Assembly: GCA_023703675.1 (NCBI GenBank)
Contig: CP097974.1
Span: 21,288 to 85,287, forward strand
Direction: 5' to 3'
DNA length: 64,000 nucleotides
Origin: SAR86 cluster bacterium
Lineage (GTDB): Bacteria > Pseudomonadota > Gammaproteobacteria > Magnimaribacterales > AG-339-G14
Part shown: piece after piece, positions 43,777 through 54,637 of the stretch
Layout: every line of letters begins with the position of its first letter
Numbering within the stretch: the first letter of the stretch is position 1
Position numbers and translations under genes: made by a program
Notes under the pieces: generated by a model
Told to the model about the DNA's origin: nothing
Databases searched by the model: none
Seen by the model: the letters and a program-made list of their open reading frames with translations, nothing else

Positions 43777-44997
43777 TTAAATTTCCTCGAGTCTGATTAA
43801 GTCCTCGAAGGATTCAGCTTTTCTGATGACTTTAAAAGAATCTTTCGAAACTAAGATCTCGGCAGGTTTGGGTCGAGAATTATAATTCGACCCCATGCTT
43901 GAGCCATAGGCTCCAGTAGAATAAATAATTAATTGCTCACCAGTTTTCGCATTCAAATTGTGATTTTGACCAAAACTGTCAGCGGTTTCACAAACCGGAC
44001 CGACCACTTCATAATTTTTAGACTCTGCATTACTGTCTTGAACTTCTTCAATTGTGTGTCTGGCGCTGTAGAGAGCAGGGCGCATTAAATCATTCATTCC
44101 AACATCAACGACGAGGAAATCTCTTTGTCCGTTAGTCTTTTCGGTGATTACGGAAGTGACAACTGCTCCAGATTGAGCAACAATGGAGCGACCAGGTTCC
44201 ATTAGTAAATCGTAGCCTGTGATTTTTTCCTTAAGTTCTTTTACTAACTGAGCAGGATCGTATTGATTCTCTAATTGATAATCAATGGCAAGTCCGCCAC
44301 CGACGTCAATGTGGTCGACGCTATGACCCAATTTTTTTATTTGTTCAGCAAGTATTTGTAGTTTTTCTGCCAATTCAAAAAATAATTGCGTATCTGTTAT
44401 TTGCGAACCGATGTGAGCTGAAATTCCTACCAAATTTATTTCTGAAGAAGAATAAGTCTCGGCAATTTCTAACGCTTCAGTTTCTGAAATCCCAAATTTG
44501 CAATCAGATTTTCCTGTTTCAATGTAAGGATGAGTATTGGCGGCCATGTTAGGATTAATTCGCAAAGAAATCCTTGGCGATTCTTTTAAGTTTTTAATCA
44601 GTTCAACTTCATGCGCCGATTCAATATTGATCGAATAAATGCCTTGTTCAGCAGCAAATTTTAAGTCGCTTTCAGATTTACCAACTCCAGAGAATACAAT
44701 TTTTTTTGCTTCGGCTCCTGCTTTTAAAGCTCGTTTCAATTCGCCAACAGACACGACATCAAAACCCATGCCTAAATTAGCTAGAACTTTGAGTAAATTT
44801 ATATTCCCATTGGCTTTGACCGAATAGCAAATCAAATCGTTAGCGTTAGAATTTTGCAAATAAGCGCTAGCAGTCTCGACTAGACTGGCTTTGGAGTATA
44901 CGTAAAAGGGTGTCGGTATTTTTTCGCAGACTTCTTGTAAAGCCAACTCCTCAATTTTTAGACCCATCGAGTCTTTGGAGAAATTATTCGGACGCAT
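43777..44997 (-). CDS. lysA: Diaminopimelate decarboxylase
   Basis: PLP-Lys region CYSVKANGN, then DVGGGLAIDY, EPGRSIV and CETAD; 406 aa. Confidence 0.92.
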   Translation of the reverse strand: MRPNNFSKDSMGLKIEELALQEVCEKIPTPFYVYSKASLVETASAYLQNSNANDLICYSVKANGNINLLKVLANLGMGFDVVSVGELKRALKAGAEAKKIVFSGVGKSESDLKFAAEQGIYSINIESAHEVELIKNLKESPRISLRINPNMAANTHPYIETGKSDCKFGISETEALEIAETYSSSEINLVGISAHIGSQITDTQLFFELAEKLQILAEQIKKLGHSVDHIDVGGGLAIDYQLENQYDPAQLVKELKEKITGYDLLMEPGRSIVAQSGAVVTSVITEKTNGQRDFLVVDVGMNDLMRPALYSARHTIEEVQDSNAESKNYEVVGPVCETADSFGQNHNLNAKTGEQLIIYSTGAYGSSMGSNYNSRPKPAEILVSKDSFKVIRKAESFEDLIRLEEI

Positions 44998-45100
44998 TCT
45001 CGGTTCCGTTTTCGTCGGGCAAGGTCAAAGGGCCCTTGATTCCGCAAGCAGAAAAAGTTGAAAGACAAAGAATTACTAAAATCAAACCTATCGATTTCAT
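44984..45100 (-). CDS. lptM: Small lipoprotein LptM (YifL), 38 aa: MKSIGLILVILCLSTFSACGIKGPLTLPDENGTENASE
   Basis: Hand-translated and below the ORF-track cutoff. Lipobox FSAC followed by G-x-KGPL-x-LP, the LptM/YifL signature. It sits upstream of lysA/dapF and overlaps the lysA start by 14 nt. Confidence 0.65.
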   Translation of the reverse strand: MKSIGLILVILCLSTFSACGIKGPLTLPDENGTENASE

Positions 45101-45166
45101 CGAGTCATTATACTGTACTAAAGTGAAAGAATTTTAGACTAGAAAAAATAGAAATGGTTTAAGCGT

Positions 45167-46261
45167 TTAAAAATAAACTTCTCGAGCGTATTTTTTTTCG
45201 AAAGGAATAATCTCTTCAAAATCTCCAGCTTTAACTTTTTTCACCCACTCTGGATCAGATAACAAAGCTCTCCCGATTGCTACCATGTCGAATTCATCGG
45301 CTTCCATTCGCTTCACTAAATCGTCAATTGACTGTGACTCCACAGCATCTTCTCCAGCATAAAGTCCGATAAAATCAGATTTTAAACCGACACTGCCAAC
45401 AGTAATCGTAGGCAGACCAGTTAATTTTTTCGTCCAACCAGCTAAATTAAGATTTGAGCCTTCGAATTCAGGTTCCCAGTACCTTCTATTACTAGCGTGG
45501 AACATATCAATACCTGCTTCCACCAAAGGCATTAAAAAAGTCTTAAGATCTTCTTCGGTATAAGCCAATTTTGCATCAAAGTCTTGTTGTTTCCATTGAG
45601 AAAATCTAATTGCCATTGGGAAATCGGAGCCAACTTTCGCTCTTGCTCTTTTAACTATTTCACAAGCAAAAGCTGTTCGCTTGTCGATGGAGCCACCAAA
45701 GTTGTCGGCTCTTTGATTCGTGCCTTCCCAGAAAAAATTATCAATTAAATAACCATGTGCTCCATGGAGTTCAACGCCATCAAATCCTAATTCTTGAATT
45801 TTTACAATATCGCCGACAAAACATTCGATTAGCATTTCGACATCTTCTGCAGTCATCTCGTGTGCAGCTTTTTTGTCAGCATTGACCAAACCCGAAGGGG
45901 TGTAACCGGGCACATCTGGATCTGGAGCCATGCCTATTTTACGAAAGGCACCGACGTGCCACAACTGTGGAAAAATTTTAGATCCTTCTTGATGCACGGC
46001 TTCGACAATTTTTTTCCAACCCTCGTCTGCCTTGTCTCTAAAACCGGGAACGTCTGGATAGCCACTAGAAGATGGGTGACTGACTTCCACTCCTTCAGTA
46101 ATGATTAGACCAACTTCACCAGCGGCTCGACGTTGATAATAATCTCTTACGTTATCGCCTGGTATGCCATTAGGAGATTTGCTTCGTGTCATTGGAGCCA
46201 TGGCAAAACGATTCGGAATTGTGAGTTTGTTTACGGAAATTGGTTTAAAAAATGCGTCCAT
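45167..46261 (-). CDS. NADH:flavin oxidoreductase, Old Yellow Enzyme family
   Basis: RFAMAPMTR, QLWHVG, VELHGAHGYLIDNFFW, and a TIM-barrel C-terminal GRALLSDPEW. Confidence 0.85.
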   Translation of the reverse strand: MDAFFKPISVNKLTIPNRFAMAPMTRSKSPNGIPGDNVRDYYQRRAAGEVGLIITEGVEVSHPSSSGYPDVPGFRDKADEGWKKIVEAVHQEGSKIFPQLWHVGAFRKIGMAPDPDVPGYTPSGLVNADKKAAHEMTAEDVEMLIECFVGDIVKIQELGFDGVELHGAHGYLIDNFFWEGTNQRADNFGGSIDKRTAFACEIVKRARAKVGSDFPMAIRFSQWKQQDFDAKLAYTEEDLKTFLMPLVEAGIDMFHASNRRYWEPEFEGSNLNLAGWTKKLTGLPTITVGSVGLKSDFIGLYAGEDAVESQSIDDLVKRMEADEFDMVAIGRALLSDPEWVKKVKAGDFEEIIPFEKKYAREVYF

Positions 46262-46263
46262 GA

Positions 46264-47649
46264 TTAAATTTTTAAAGTTATTTTAGCCTTATCGATTTGT
46301 TTTTTCACCTGTGAAGGTGCAGTTCCGCCAATACTTGATTTAGCTGCAATCGAAGACATAGGATCTAAATACTTATAAACGTCTTTTTCAATTTTCGGGG
46401 ACAATTTTTTAAACTCCTCTAAAGATAATTCTTCAAGCAGTGCGTCTTTTTTCTCTGCCAACTGAACCGCTTTGCCAGTAATGGCATGAGCCGATCGAAA
46501 CGGAATTCCCTTAAGAACTAAATATTCTGCCAGATCGGTAGAACAAATATGTCCGTCGTAAACATCGTTTAACATTTCATCGGAGTTGAATTTAGCTCCC
46601 GCTACCATGGCAGAAGTAATATCAATGGCTTGCAGAATATAGTCGATGGATTGAAAAAGCGGCTTTTTATCCTCTTGGTTGTCACGGTTGTAAGCTAGCG
46701 GTTGATTTTTCACCAAACTTAAAAGCGCCATAAGATTTCCAATGGTTTGCGCCGCGCCGCCACGAACTAATTCAGCCATGTCTGGATTTCTTTTTTGTGG
46801 CATGATTGAAGAGCCCGTGCAAAGCTCTTCTGGTAATTTCAAATAATTGAATTGAGTCGAAGACCAGATAATAAATTCTTCAGAAATTCTCGATAGATGC
46901 ACCGCTGTAAGACTAATGTTGAATAACATTTCTGCGATAAAATCTCTGTCACTCACCGCATCGATTGAATTTTGTGTAATTTCTTTAAATCCTAAATCGC
47001 GAGCCATTTTTTTTCGGTCCAATTTGAATCGGTTTCCTGCTAGCGCACCTGAGCCAAGCGGTGAGGTACTCAGGCTAGTTTCAGAATTTTGAAAACGGCT
47101 CAAGTCTCTTTGAAACATTTCGTAGTAAGCCATTAAGTGATGAGCCAAAGTGATTGGTTGGGCAACTTGTAAATGCGTAAAACCAGGCATCAACGTTTCA
47201 ACTTCAGGCTCTGCTTTCTGAACCAAAGACTTTAGCAGTTCTATTAAAGCAGCTTTGATGGCTGCCGATTTTTTTAACATGTAAAGCTTAATGTCGGTGA
47301 CTACTTGGTCGTTTCTTGATCTACCGGTGTGAATTTTTTTAGCCGTCTCTCCAATACTTTTCTCCAGAGCTGCTTCAATATTCATGTGAACGTCTTCAAG
47401 GACTTCACTCCATTTGAACTGATTAGTTTCAATCTTTTTTTTGATTTGATTGAGACCAGATTTAATTTTACTGAATTCAGTTTTCGTTAAAATTTTAGCT
47501 TTTAATAAAGCTTCGGCATAAGCTAAAGAACCTTCAATATCCTCAAGATAAAAAGTTTTGTCTACTGCTATGGAGTTGGAAAAATTGAGTGCGTTTTTTG
47601 CTGTTTCTTGTTTGAATCTTCCGCCCCAAGTGCGATTTTTTTTGACCAT
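46264..47649 (-). CDS. argH: Argininosuccinate lyase
   Basis: TGRSRNDQV, HLQVAQP and the signature GSSIMPQKRNPD; 461 aa. Confidence 0.95.
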   Translation of the reverse strand: MVKKNRTWGGRFKQETAKNALNFSNSIAVDKTFYLEDIEGSLAYAEALLKAKILTKTEFSKIKSGLNQIKKKIETNQFKWSEVLEDVHMNIEAALEKSIGETAKKIHTGRSRNDQVVTDIKLYMLKKSAAIKAALIELLKSLVQKAEPEVETLMPGFTHLQVAQPITLAHHLMAYYEMFQRDLSRFQNSETSLSTSPLGSGALAGNRFKLDRKKMARDLGFKEITQNSIDAVSDRDFIAEMLFNISLTAVHLSRISEEFIIWSSTQFNYLKLPEELCTGSSIMPQKRNPDMAELVRGGAAQTIGNLMALLSLVKNQPLAYNRDNQEDKKPLFQSIDYILQAIDITSAMVAGAKFNSDEMLNDVYDGHICSTDLAEYLVLKGIPFRSAHAITGKAVQLAEKKDALLEELSLEEFKKLSPKIEKDVYKYLDPMSSIAAKSSIGGTAPSQVKKQIDKAKITLKI

Positions 47650-49028
47650 TAATATTTGTAACTTTCTGGCTTGTAGGGGCCTTTAACGTCAACGTTGATA
47701 TAGTCGGCTTGGTCTTTGGTGAGTTTGGTTACAACTCCACCAAATCCTTCGACCATGTATTGGGCCACTTCTTCGTCGAGCTCCATTGGCAGTACCTCTA
47801 CTTTTAGAAGCTCTTTTTTCTTCTCTTCGTCGTTGATGGTGGCAAAGGCTTGCTTGTAAAGAAACATTTGCGCCAAGACTTGGTTGGCAAAGGAGCCGTC
47901 CATAATTCTAGAAGGGTGTCCAGTTGCGTTACCGAGATTAACTAAGCGGCCTTCGGCTAAAAGAACAATGTAATTTTTATCATTGGCTTCTTTGGTTTTT
48001 GAGATCTTGTGCACTTGAGGTTTAATTTCTTCCCAATGCCAATGATCGCGCATGTATTGGGTATCAATTTCGTTGTCAAAATGGCCAATGTTGCAAACCA
48101 TGGTCCCGGATTTGAGATTATCGAGGATGAAGCGATCGCATACATTCACGTTTCCAGTTGCTGTAACTATGACGTCGGTATCTGCTAATAACGCTTTATT
48201 GATGCAGTCGTCGCTATTATTGTTTACTCCATCGATGTAGGGTGAAACAACTTCGTAACCGTCCATGCAAGCTTGCATCGCGCAGATTGGATCAATTTCT
48301 GAAATTCTAACCACCATGCCTTCTTGTCTTAAACTCATGGCAGAGCCTTTTCCAACATCTCCATAACCAAAAACCAAAGCTTTCCTTCCAGCCAAGAGCA
48401 TGTCCGTGCCTCTTTTAATGGCGTCATTCAAACTGTGGCGGCAGCCGTATTTATTGTCGTTTTTTGATTTAGTGACCGAATCGTTCACATTAATGGCAGG
48501 GACTTTTAATTCTCCTTTTTCAAGCATCTCCCAAAGTCGATGAACTCCTGTAGTTGTTTCCTCAGAAATTCCATGAATGTTGTTCAACATGTCCGGATAT
48601 TTTTCATGAACCATTGCAGTTAAATCTCCTCCATCGTCAAGGATCATGTTCGCGTCCCAAGGTTTACCGTCTTCCAAAATAGTTTGCTCGATGCACCAAT
48701 CAAACTCTTCTTCATTCATGCCCTTCCAGGCAAAAACTGGAATTTCAGAAGCTGCGATTGCTGCTGCTGCATGGTCTTGTGTCGAGAATATATTGCATGA
48801 CGACCATCTTACTGAGGCACCCAAAGCCACAAGAGTTTCTATTAAAACGGCAGTTTGTATGGTCATATGGATACAGCCCATAATCTTGGCACCAGCTAAA
48901 GGTTTTGAATCTCCGTATTTTTCACGAAGTTTCATCAAAGCTGGCATTTCTGCCTCGGCTAAAGCAATTTCTTTACGGCCAAAATCAGCAAGATTTAGGT
49001 CAGCTACTTTGTAATCTTTAAAACTCAT
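47649..49028 (-). CDS. ahcY: Adenosylhomocysteinase
   Basis: [46 protein letters not shown]; 459 aa. Confidence 0.95.
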   Translation of the reverse strand: MSFKDYKVADLNLADFGRKEIALAEAEMPALMKLREKYGDSKPLAGAKIMGCIHMTIQTAVLIETLVALGASVRWSSCNIFSTQDHAAAAIAASEIPVFAWKGMNEEEFDWCIEQTILEDGKPWDANMILDDGGDLTAMVHEKYPDMLNNIHGISEETTTGVHRLWEMLEKGELKVPAINVNDSVTKSKNDNKYGCRHSLNDAIKRGTDMLLAGRKALVFGYGDVGKGSAMSLRQEGMVVRISEIDPICAMQACMDGYEVVSPYIDGVNNNSDDCINKALLADTDVIVTATGNVNVCDRFILDNLKSGTMVCNIGHFDNEIDTQYMRDHWHWEEIKPQVHKISKTKEANDKNYIVLLAEGRLVNLGNATGHPSRIMDGSFANQVLAQMFLYKQAFATINDEEKKKELLKVEVLPMELDEEVAQYMVEGFGGVVTKLTKDQADYINVDVKGPYKPESYKY

Positions 49029-49033
49029 AATTA

Positions 49034-50188
49034 TTATTTAATTTTGTCAGCTTTAGCGGTCGATTCCCATGAAAAATCTTCGTCTTCACGACCAAAATGA
49101 CCATAAGCTGCGGTTTTTTGATAAATCGGTTTCTTTAGATCCAACATTTGGATCAATTCTTTGGGTTTAAGTTCGAAGTTGTTGGCAACAAGTTGAGCAA
49201 TTTCTGCTTCTGGAATGGTATTGGAACCAAAAGTATTAATACTTATTGAAGTGGGTTCTGCAATGCCAATGGCATAGGAAACTTGAATCTCACATTTCTC
49301 TGCCAGTCCTGCAGAGACAATGTTTTTTGCTACGTATCTGCCAGCATAAGCAGCTGATCGGTCAACTTTTGATGGGTCTTTGCCAGAAAATGCTCCACCA
49401 CCATGTCTTGCCATACCACCGTAAGTGTCAACAATAATTTTTCTGCCAGTTAAGCCACAGTCTCCAACAGGTCCACCAATAACGAATCTCCCCGTGGGAT
49501 TAATATAAATTTTAGTTTCAGATGAGATCCAATTTGAAGGGATAACTTGCTTGATAATTTCTTCTCTAACGCCTTCTTCTAAATCTTCAGGAGTTACATC
49601 TTCGTCATGTTGAGTTGATAAAACTACGGCAGATAGATGAGAAGGTTTTCCAGAATCGTCGTAAACAAAACTTAATTGACTTTTTGCATCCGGTCGGAGC
49701 CATGGAAGAATCTTTGCTTTCCTTACCTCGGCTTGTTTTTTAACTAACAGGTGCGAAAAAGTAATCGGTGCCGGCATTAATACCTCAGTTTCATTAGTTG
49801 CATAACCGAACATCAGGCCTTGATCGCCTGCGCCTTGATCGGTATCGGTGCCAGTACCTTCATTCACACCTTGAGCGATGTCATTGGATTGCATGCCAAT
49901 GGCGTTGATGATTTCAACGGTCGAACCATTAAAACCTAGATCGTCATTGTCGTATCCAACTTCATTGATAACCTTTCTGACAACTTTTTCAAGATCGGGT
50001 TTTGCGTTGGATGTAATTTCTCCAGCAATAACTACCAAGTCGGTTTTCACTAAAGTTTCGCAGGCAACTCTCGATTCCGAATCATCTGAGAGAAAAGCAT
50101 CCAAGATGGCGTCAGATATTTGATCGGCTAATTTGTCTGGGTGACCTTCAGAGACAGATTCAGAAGTGAATGTTTTGTATTCGGACAT
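49034..50188 (-). CDS. metK: S-adenosylmethionine synthetase
   Basis: [42 protein letters not shown]; 384 aa. Confidence 0.97.
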   Translation of the reverse strand: MSEYKTFTSESVSEGHPDKLADQISDAILDAFLSDDSESRVACETLVKTDLVVIAGEITSNAKPDLEKVVRKVINEVGYDNDDLGFNGSTVEIINAIGMQSNDIAQGVNEGTGTDTDQGAGDQGLMFGYATNETEVLMPAPITFSHLLVKKQAEVRKAKILPWLRPDAKSQLSFVYDDSGKPSHLSAVVLSTQHDEDVTPEDLEEGVREEIIKQVIPSNWISSETKIYINPTGRFVIGGPVGDCGLTGRKIIVDTYGGMARHGGGAFSGKDPSKVDRSAAYAGRYVAKNIVSAGLAEKCEIQVSYAIGIAEPTSISINTFGSNTIPEAEIAQLVANNFELKPKELIQMLDLKKPIYQKTAAYGHFGREDEDFSWESTAKADKIK

Positions 50189-50258
50189 TTAATTTAAAAG
50201 TGAATCAGGATTCTACTATGATATTCTCTTTTTTTAATAGAAAATACGACTTTGATTC

Positions 50259-52238
50259 ATGTCCGATAAAGTAAATTTAGCCAATGCCGTTAGGGCACTT
50301 TCAATGGACGCTGTCCAAGCTGCGAAATGTGGACATCCCGGGATGCCAATGGGTATGGCTGAAATCGCATTGGTCTTATGGACCAAACATTTAAAGCACA
50401 ATCCAAAAAATCCCGATTGGTTTAACAGAGACCGATTTGTTCTTTCAAACGGCCACGGTTCAATGTTGCTTTATTCTTTGTTGCATTTAACTGGATACGA
50501 TTTACCTATAGAAGAATTAAAAAACTTTAGAAAATTAGGCTCAAAAACTCCAGGGCACCCTGAGTGCGATGTAACTCCCGGAGTCGAAACTACTACTGGA
50601 CCGCTTGGTCAAGGGCTTGCGAACGCAGTAGGCATGGCATTAGCGGAAAAAATTCTTGCTCACAAGTTTAATAAACCAGACCTTCAGTTGGTCAATCATC
50701 ACACTTACGTCTTTTGTGGCGATGGCGATCTGATGGAAGGAATTTCACACGAAGCCTGTTCTTATGCTGGCACTCATAAATTAGAAAAGTTGATTGTTTT
50801 ATACGACGACAACGACATCAGTATTGACGGAGAGGTTTCAGGGTGGTTCACGGACGACACTGCTAAGAGATTTGAAAGTTACGGTTGGCATGTCATCTCT
50901 AAAGTAGATGGACACAATGAAGGAGAAATTGATGCTGCAATTGAAGAGGCTAAGCAAATAGATAAACCCAGCCTAATCTGTTGCAAGACAATCATTGGCA
51001 AAGGTTCGCCAAACAAAGCCGGTACCTCTGGTGTTCATGGCGCAGCTTTGGGCGAAGAAGAAGTTCTTCTCACCAGAAAAAATATTAATTGGAATCATGA
51101 ACCTTTTGAAATTCCTGAGGAAGCCTATAAAGGTTGGAATCAAGAAGACGCAGGAAAAAAATATGAAAGCGATTGGGATCTTTTAGTTGAAGCTTATAGA
51201 GAAAAATTCACTGAAGAATTTGAGACTTTTAATCGTTTGGTCAAAGGAGACCTTCCCAAGGAGTTAGATTCCGTTTTAGAAAATCTTATAAAAGAATTCG
51301 AAGCTGATGGGACCAGTCACGCAAGCCGAAAATGCTCTGGCATGTGTCTCGACGCTCTTGGTCCGATTTTGCCAGAATTGGTTGGAGGTTCAGCCGATTT
51401 GTCACCGTCAAATAACACGGAATGGAAAGGCTCTAAAGTTCTAACTCCAGATTCAGGAGGTAACTACTTGAATTATGGGGTTCGAGAATTTGGAATGTCA
51501 GCCATAATGAATGGCATGATATTGCATGGGGCAATAAGGCCATACGGCGGTACTTTTTTAACTTTTCTTGATTACGCAAGAAACGCAGTCAGGATGTCTG
51601 CTTTGATGAAGCTGCCTGTGATTTATGTTTATACACATGATTCAATTGGAGTTGGTGAAGACGGTCCAACTCACCAACCGATAGAACACATTACTATGTT
51701 GAGAGCTACCCCTGGAGTTTTTACTTGGAGGCCTTGTGATGGAGTGGAAACTACCTACGCATGGCAACATGCACTGAAATCTAAAACCAATCCGCATGCG
51801 CTAATTTTGTCTCGTCAAAATTTGCCACCTCAAACTAGAAACGATGTTGGGGCTATTGCAAAAGGAGGGTATGTTTTGAAAGAGGCAGATCAAGAAGATT
51901 TAACCATTATCGCAAGTGGCTCAGAAGTAGGGTTAGCAGTCGATGCAGCGGAAATCTTAGCGGAAGATAGTTTATCGATAAAAGTTGTTTCTATTCCTTG
52001 CACGGAATTATTTGATTTACAGAGCGACGAATACAAATTTGAAGTCTTAGGAGATGGTCCTAAATTGGCAATTGAAGCCGGGCAGGCTGATTTCTGGCAT
52101 AAATACCTTAATCAGGGAGACTTAGTTTTAGGCATGGAGACTTATGGCGAATCTGCTCCATTGGAAGATCTTTTAGAGCATTTTGGATTCACAATTTCAA
52201 ATGTTGTCAGCAAAGCAAAAGAACTTTTAAAAAAATGA
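50259..52238 (+). CDS. tkt: Transketolase
   Basis: GHPG, the GDGDLMEG ThDP motif and THDSIGVGEDGPTHQP; 659 aa. Confidence 0.95.
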   Translation: MSDKVNLANAVRALSMDAVQAAKCGHPGMPMGMAEIALVLWTKHLKHNPKNPDWFNRDRFVLSNGHGSMLLYSLLHLTGYDLPIEELKNFRKLGSKTPGHPECDVTPGVETTTGPLGQGLANAVGMALAEKILAHKFNKPDLQLVNHHTYVFCGDGDLMEGISHEACSYAGTHKLEKLIVLYDDNDISIDGEVSGWFTDDTAKRFESYGWHVISKVDGHNEGEIDAAIEEAKQIDKPSLICCKTIIGKGSPNKAGTSGVHGAALGEEEVLLTRKNINWNHEPFEIPEEAYKGWNQEDAGKKYESDWDLLVEAYREKFTEEFETFNRLVKGDLPKELDSVLENLIKEFEADGTSHASRKCSGMCLDALGPILPELVGGSADLSPSNNTEWKGSKVLTPDSGGNYLNYGVREFGMSAIMNGMILHGAIRPYGGTFLTFLDYARNAVRMSALMKLPVIYVYTHDSIGVGEDGPTHQPIEHITMLRATPGVFTWRPCDGVETTYAWQHALKSKTNPHALILSRQNLPPQTRNDVGAIAKGGYVLKEADQEDLTIIASGSEVGLAVDAAEILAEDSLSIKVVSIPCTELFDLQSDEYKFEVLGDGPKLAIEAGQADFWHKYLNQGDLVLGMETYGESAPLEDLLEHFGFTISNVVSKAKELLKK

Positions 52239-53392
52239 ACTTTGAGAAAAGTCTTCTTTCTTCAAAAAATTTAGAAAATAAAGCCGTTGTATTACGAGTT
52301 GATTACAACGTGCCACTAGAAGGAGAAACTTTACTAGACGACGAACGGCTAGTCAGAACTATTCCGACAATCGAGCATATTTTATCTAAAACCAATAATT
52401 TAAAGATTATTTCTCATCTAGGCAGGCCAGAGGAAGGAGAAGCTATTGCAAGTGAGTTTTCTCTAGCGCCAATTGCAAAGAGACTTAGCAAACTTCTGGA
52501 TAAAGAAGTGACACTTGTAAAATCGCTAGAAGAATTGAAAGAATCTAAAAATTTATGCATGCTTGAAAATATTAGATCTTTTGAGGGCGAAAAAAATAAC
52601 GAGGATGAATTATCAGTCGCATTAAGTCAATTAGGAGACATTTTTATCATGGATGCATTTGGAACGGCGCATCGAAAACAGGCTTCAACATTTGGAATAG
52701 TCAATTACATTGATGAAGCATGTTTTGGATTGTTGATTGAGAAAGAGATAGATGCTTTAAAAAAAATTGTTATTTCTCCAGAAAAGCCTCTTTTGGGAAT
52801 AATTGGCGGATCTAAAATTTCTACTAAAATCAATGTGATTGAGTCACTTACTAATCATTGCGATTGGTTGATTATAGGAGGGGCTCTAGCAAATACTTGT
52901 TACGCAGCACAAGGAAAAAATATTGGCAAATCTCTCTTCGAACCAAGTTACTTGGAAGTAGCAAAAAAAATTATCGAACACCCTCAAATTGTTATTCCTA
53001 CTTTTGTTGTTACTAGTAATGGTTCTGAAGCTAGAGAAAAAAGTGTGAATGAGTTATCCGATGAAGATGTGATTTTAGACGTGGGACAACAATCTGTTGA
53101 AGCTTTTAGTCAGTACATTGACGAAGCCAATACGATTGTTTGGAATGGTCCGTTGGGTAAATTTGAGGACGATCGTTTTTCAAAAGGAACTGAAGGCATA
53201 GCAAAAAAAGTTGCTGAATCTAATGCGATGACAATAATCGGGGGCGGAGAAACATTGGCAGCATTTTCAAAAATTAAAATGATGGACTCAGTGGATTATG
53301 CCTCTACAGGAGGCGGTGCTTTTTTGGAATACATTGAGCTTGGCTCACTTCCCAGTTTAGAAATAATTAATCAAAAAAATTTAGGGGCATGA
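52235..53392 (+). CDS. pgk: Phosphoglycerate kinase
   Basis: RVDYNVP, SHLGRP, AHR..AS, GGGETLAA, STGGGAFLE. The ATGA overlap with tkt suggests translational coupling. Confidence 0.93.
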   Translation: MNFEKSLLSSKNLENKAVVLRVDYNVPLEGETLLDDERLVRTIPTIEHILSKTNNLKIISHLGRPEEGEAIASEFSLAPIAKRLSKLLDKEVTLVKSLEELKESKNLCMLENIRSFEGEKNNEDELSVALSQLGDIFIMDAFGTAHRKQASTFGIVNYIDEACFGLLIEKEIDALKKIVISPEKPLLGIIGGSKISTKINVIESLTNHCDWLIIGGALANTCYAAQGKNIGKSLFEPSYLEVAKKIIEHPQIVIPTFVVTSNGSEAREKSVNELSDEDVILDVGQQSVEAFSQYIDEANTIVWNGPLGKFEDDRFSKGTEGIAKKVAESNAMTIIGGGETLAAFSKIKMMDSVDYASTGGGAFLEYIELGSLPSLEIINQKNLGA

Positions 53393-53393
53393 T

Positions 53394-54404
53394 ATGAATT
53401 TTACAAACATAGAAGAAATTGCAAATTATTTAGTAGCTGATGGCAAAGGATTTTTAGCGGCCGACGAAAGCACTCCTACCATCGGTAAACGTTTTGATGC
53501 CATCAATACGGAATCTACTGAAAATTCCAGACGCGATTACCGAGAATTATTGTTTCGTGCTTCTGGCATGAATGAAAATATTAGCGGAGTAATATTATTT
53601 GATGAAACTCTAAGGCAGTCTGCTGCAGATGGGACTTTTTTGAAAGAAATAATTTTAAAAACGGGAGCCCTGCCTGGAATAAAAGTAGATAAAGGAGTTT
53701 CTCCAATCAACGATTCAGAAGAAGTTTTGACCAGTGGATTAGATGGTTTAGAAGAGCGATGTTCTGAATACGAAGATCTTGGCGCGAAGTTTACAAAGTG
53801 GCGAGCGGTAATAAAAATCGGTAACGACATGCCTAGTCAGGAATGCATTGATGCCAATATGCAAGCCTTGGCTAGCTATGCAAAGATAGTTCAAGATCAT
53901 AATATGGTTCCCATCGTCGAACCAGAGGTGTTAATGGACGGTGAACATTCAGCAGAATCCTGTTATGACGCAACTTCAAAATGCTTAAATTCTCTTTTTT
54001 CAAATCTAAGCACTAATGGGGTAAATATCAAAGGGACAATTTTAAAACCCAACATGATCCTCGCTGGTCAAGATTCACCCGTGCAACTGTCACACTCTGA
54101 GGTAGCTGAACTTACCATGAAGTGTCTTCTTGAAAATGTTCCACCAGAACTTCCAGGGATAGCTTTTTTATCTGGAGGTCAATCGGATATAGATGCTACA
54201 GCGAATTTAGACGCGCTTAATAAGAAAGGAGGAAATCCTTGGAAACTTACTTTTTCTTACGGGCGCGCTTTACAGCAAGCCGCTTTGAAAGCTTGGTTGG
54301 GTTCTAATGAAAATACCTTAGCAGCTCAAGAAGCTTTTTCTCATCGCGCAGAAATGAACAAATTAGCTGCACTTGGAGAGTGGACTAAAGATTTAGAAAG
54401 GTAA
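53394..54404 (+). CDS. fba: Fructose-bisphosphate aldolase, class I
   Basis: LAADESTPTIGKRF, the Schiff-base Lys region ILKPNM, and FLSGGQS ... SYGRALQ. Confidence 0.9.
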   Translation: MNFTNIEEIANYLVADGKGFLAADESTPTIGKRFDAINTESTENSRRDYRELLFRASGMNENISGVILFDETLRQSAADGTFLKEIILKTGALPGIKVDKGVSPINDSEEVLTSGLDGLEERCSEYEDLGAKFTKWRAVIKIGNDMPSQECIDANMQALASYAKIVQDHNMVPIVEPEVLMDGEHSAESCYDATSKCLNSLFSNLSTNGVNIKGTILKPNMILAGQDSPVQLSHSEVAELTMKCLLENVPPELPGIAFLSGGQSDIDATANLDALNKKGGNPWKLTFSYGRALQQAALKAWLGSNENTLAAQEAFSHRAEMNKLAALGEWTKDLER

Positions 54405-54635
54405 AAAACCTCGAATGGTATTTATCAAAGGCAAAAGCCTTTGCAGAAATCCTGATAGATTGATACCTAAGCGAGGCAGAAGCCAAATTGCAAATCCTGC
54501 AATCGCTACAACAACCAGTATCGCTAATAAATAACTTAAAATCTTTGATCCATTTTGGTTTCTGTTCGATAAAATGTTACCAATTATCAAAAACGTGATT
54601 AAGGCTAAGGCCGCAAAAAGTATAATTCTTATCAT
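54393..54635 (-). CDS. Hypothetical 2-TM small membrane protein
   Basis: 80 aa with two hydrophobic helices and a 2-nt gap to the upstream DUF3429-like gene. Its 3' end overlaps the fba 3' end by 12 nt. Confidence 0.4.
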   Translation of the reverse strand: MIRIILFAALALITFLIIGNILSNRNQNGSKILSYLLAILVVVAIAGFAIWLLPRLGINLSGFLQRLLPLINTIRGFLPF

Positions 54636-54637
54636 TC

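Noticed and set aside
48646-49014. 122-aa antisense ORF within ahcY; similar antisense ORFs at 63345-63686 (in oxyR), 57862-58188 (ubiB/ubiE junction), 592-837 (SCO1), 35128-35364 (cytochrome c4) and 5490-6218 (pckA)
   Set aside because: All overlap strongly supported conserved genes on the opposite strand and lack SDs and recognisable motifs.
50189-50258. Possible SAM riboswitch in the metK leader
   Set aside because: The whole divergent metK/tkt intergenic region is only 70 nt. I could not find the paired helices or conserved cores of SAM-I/II/V classes, so there is too little room after accounting for two promoters.
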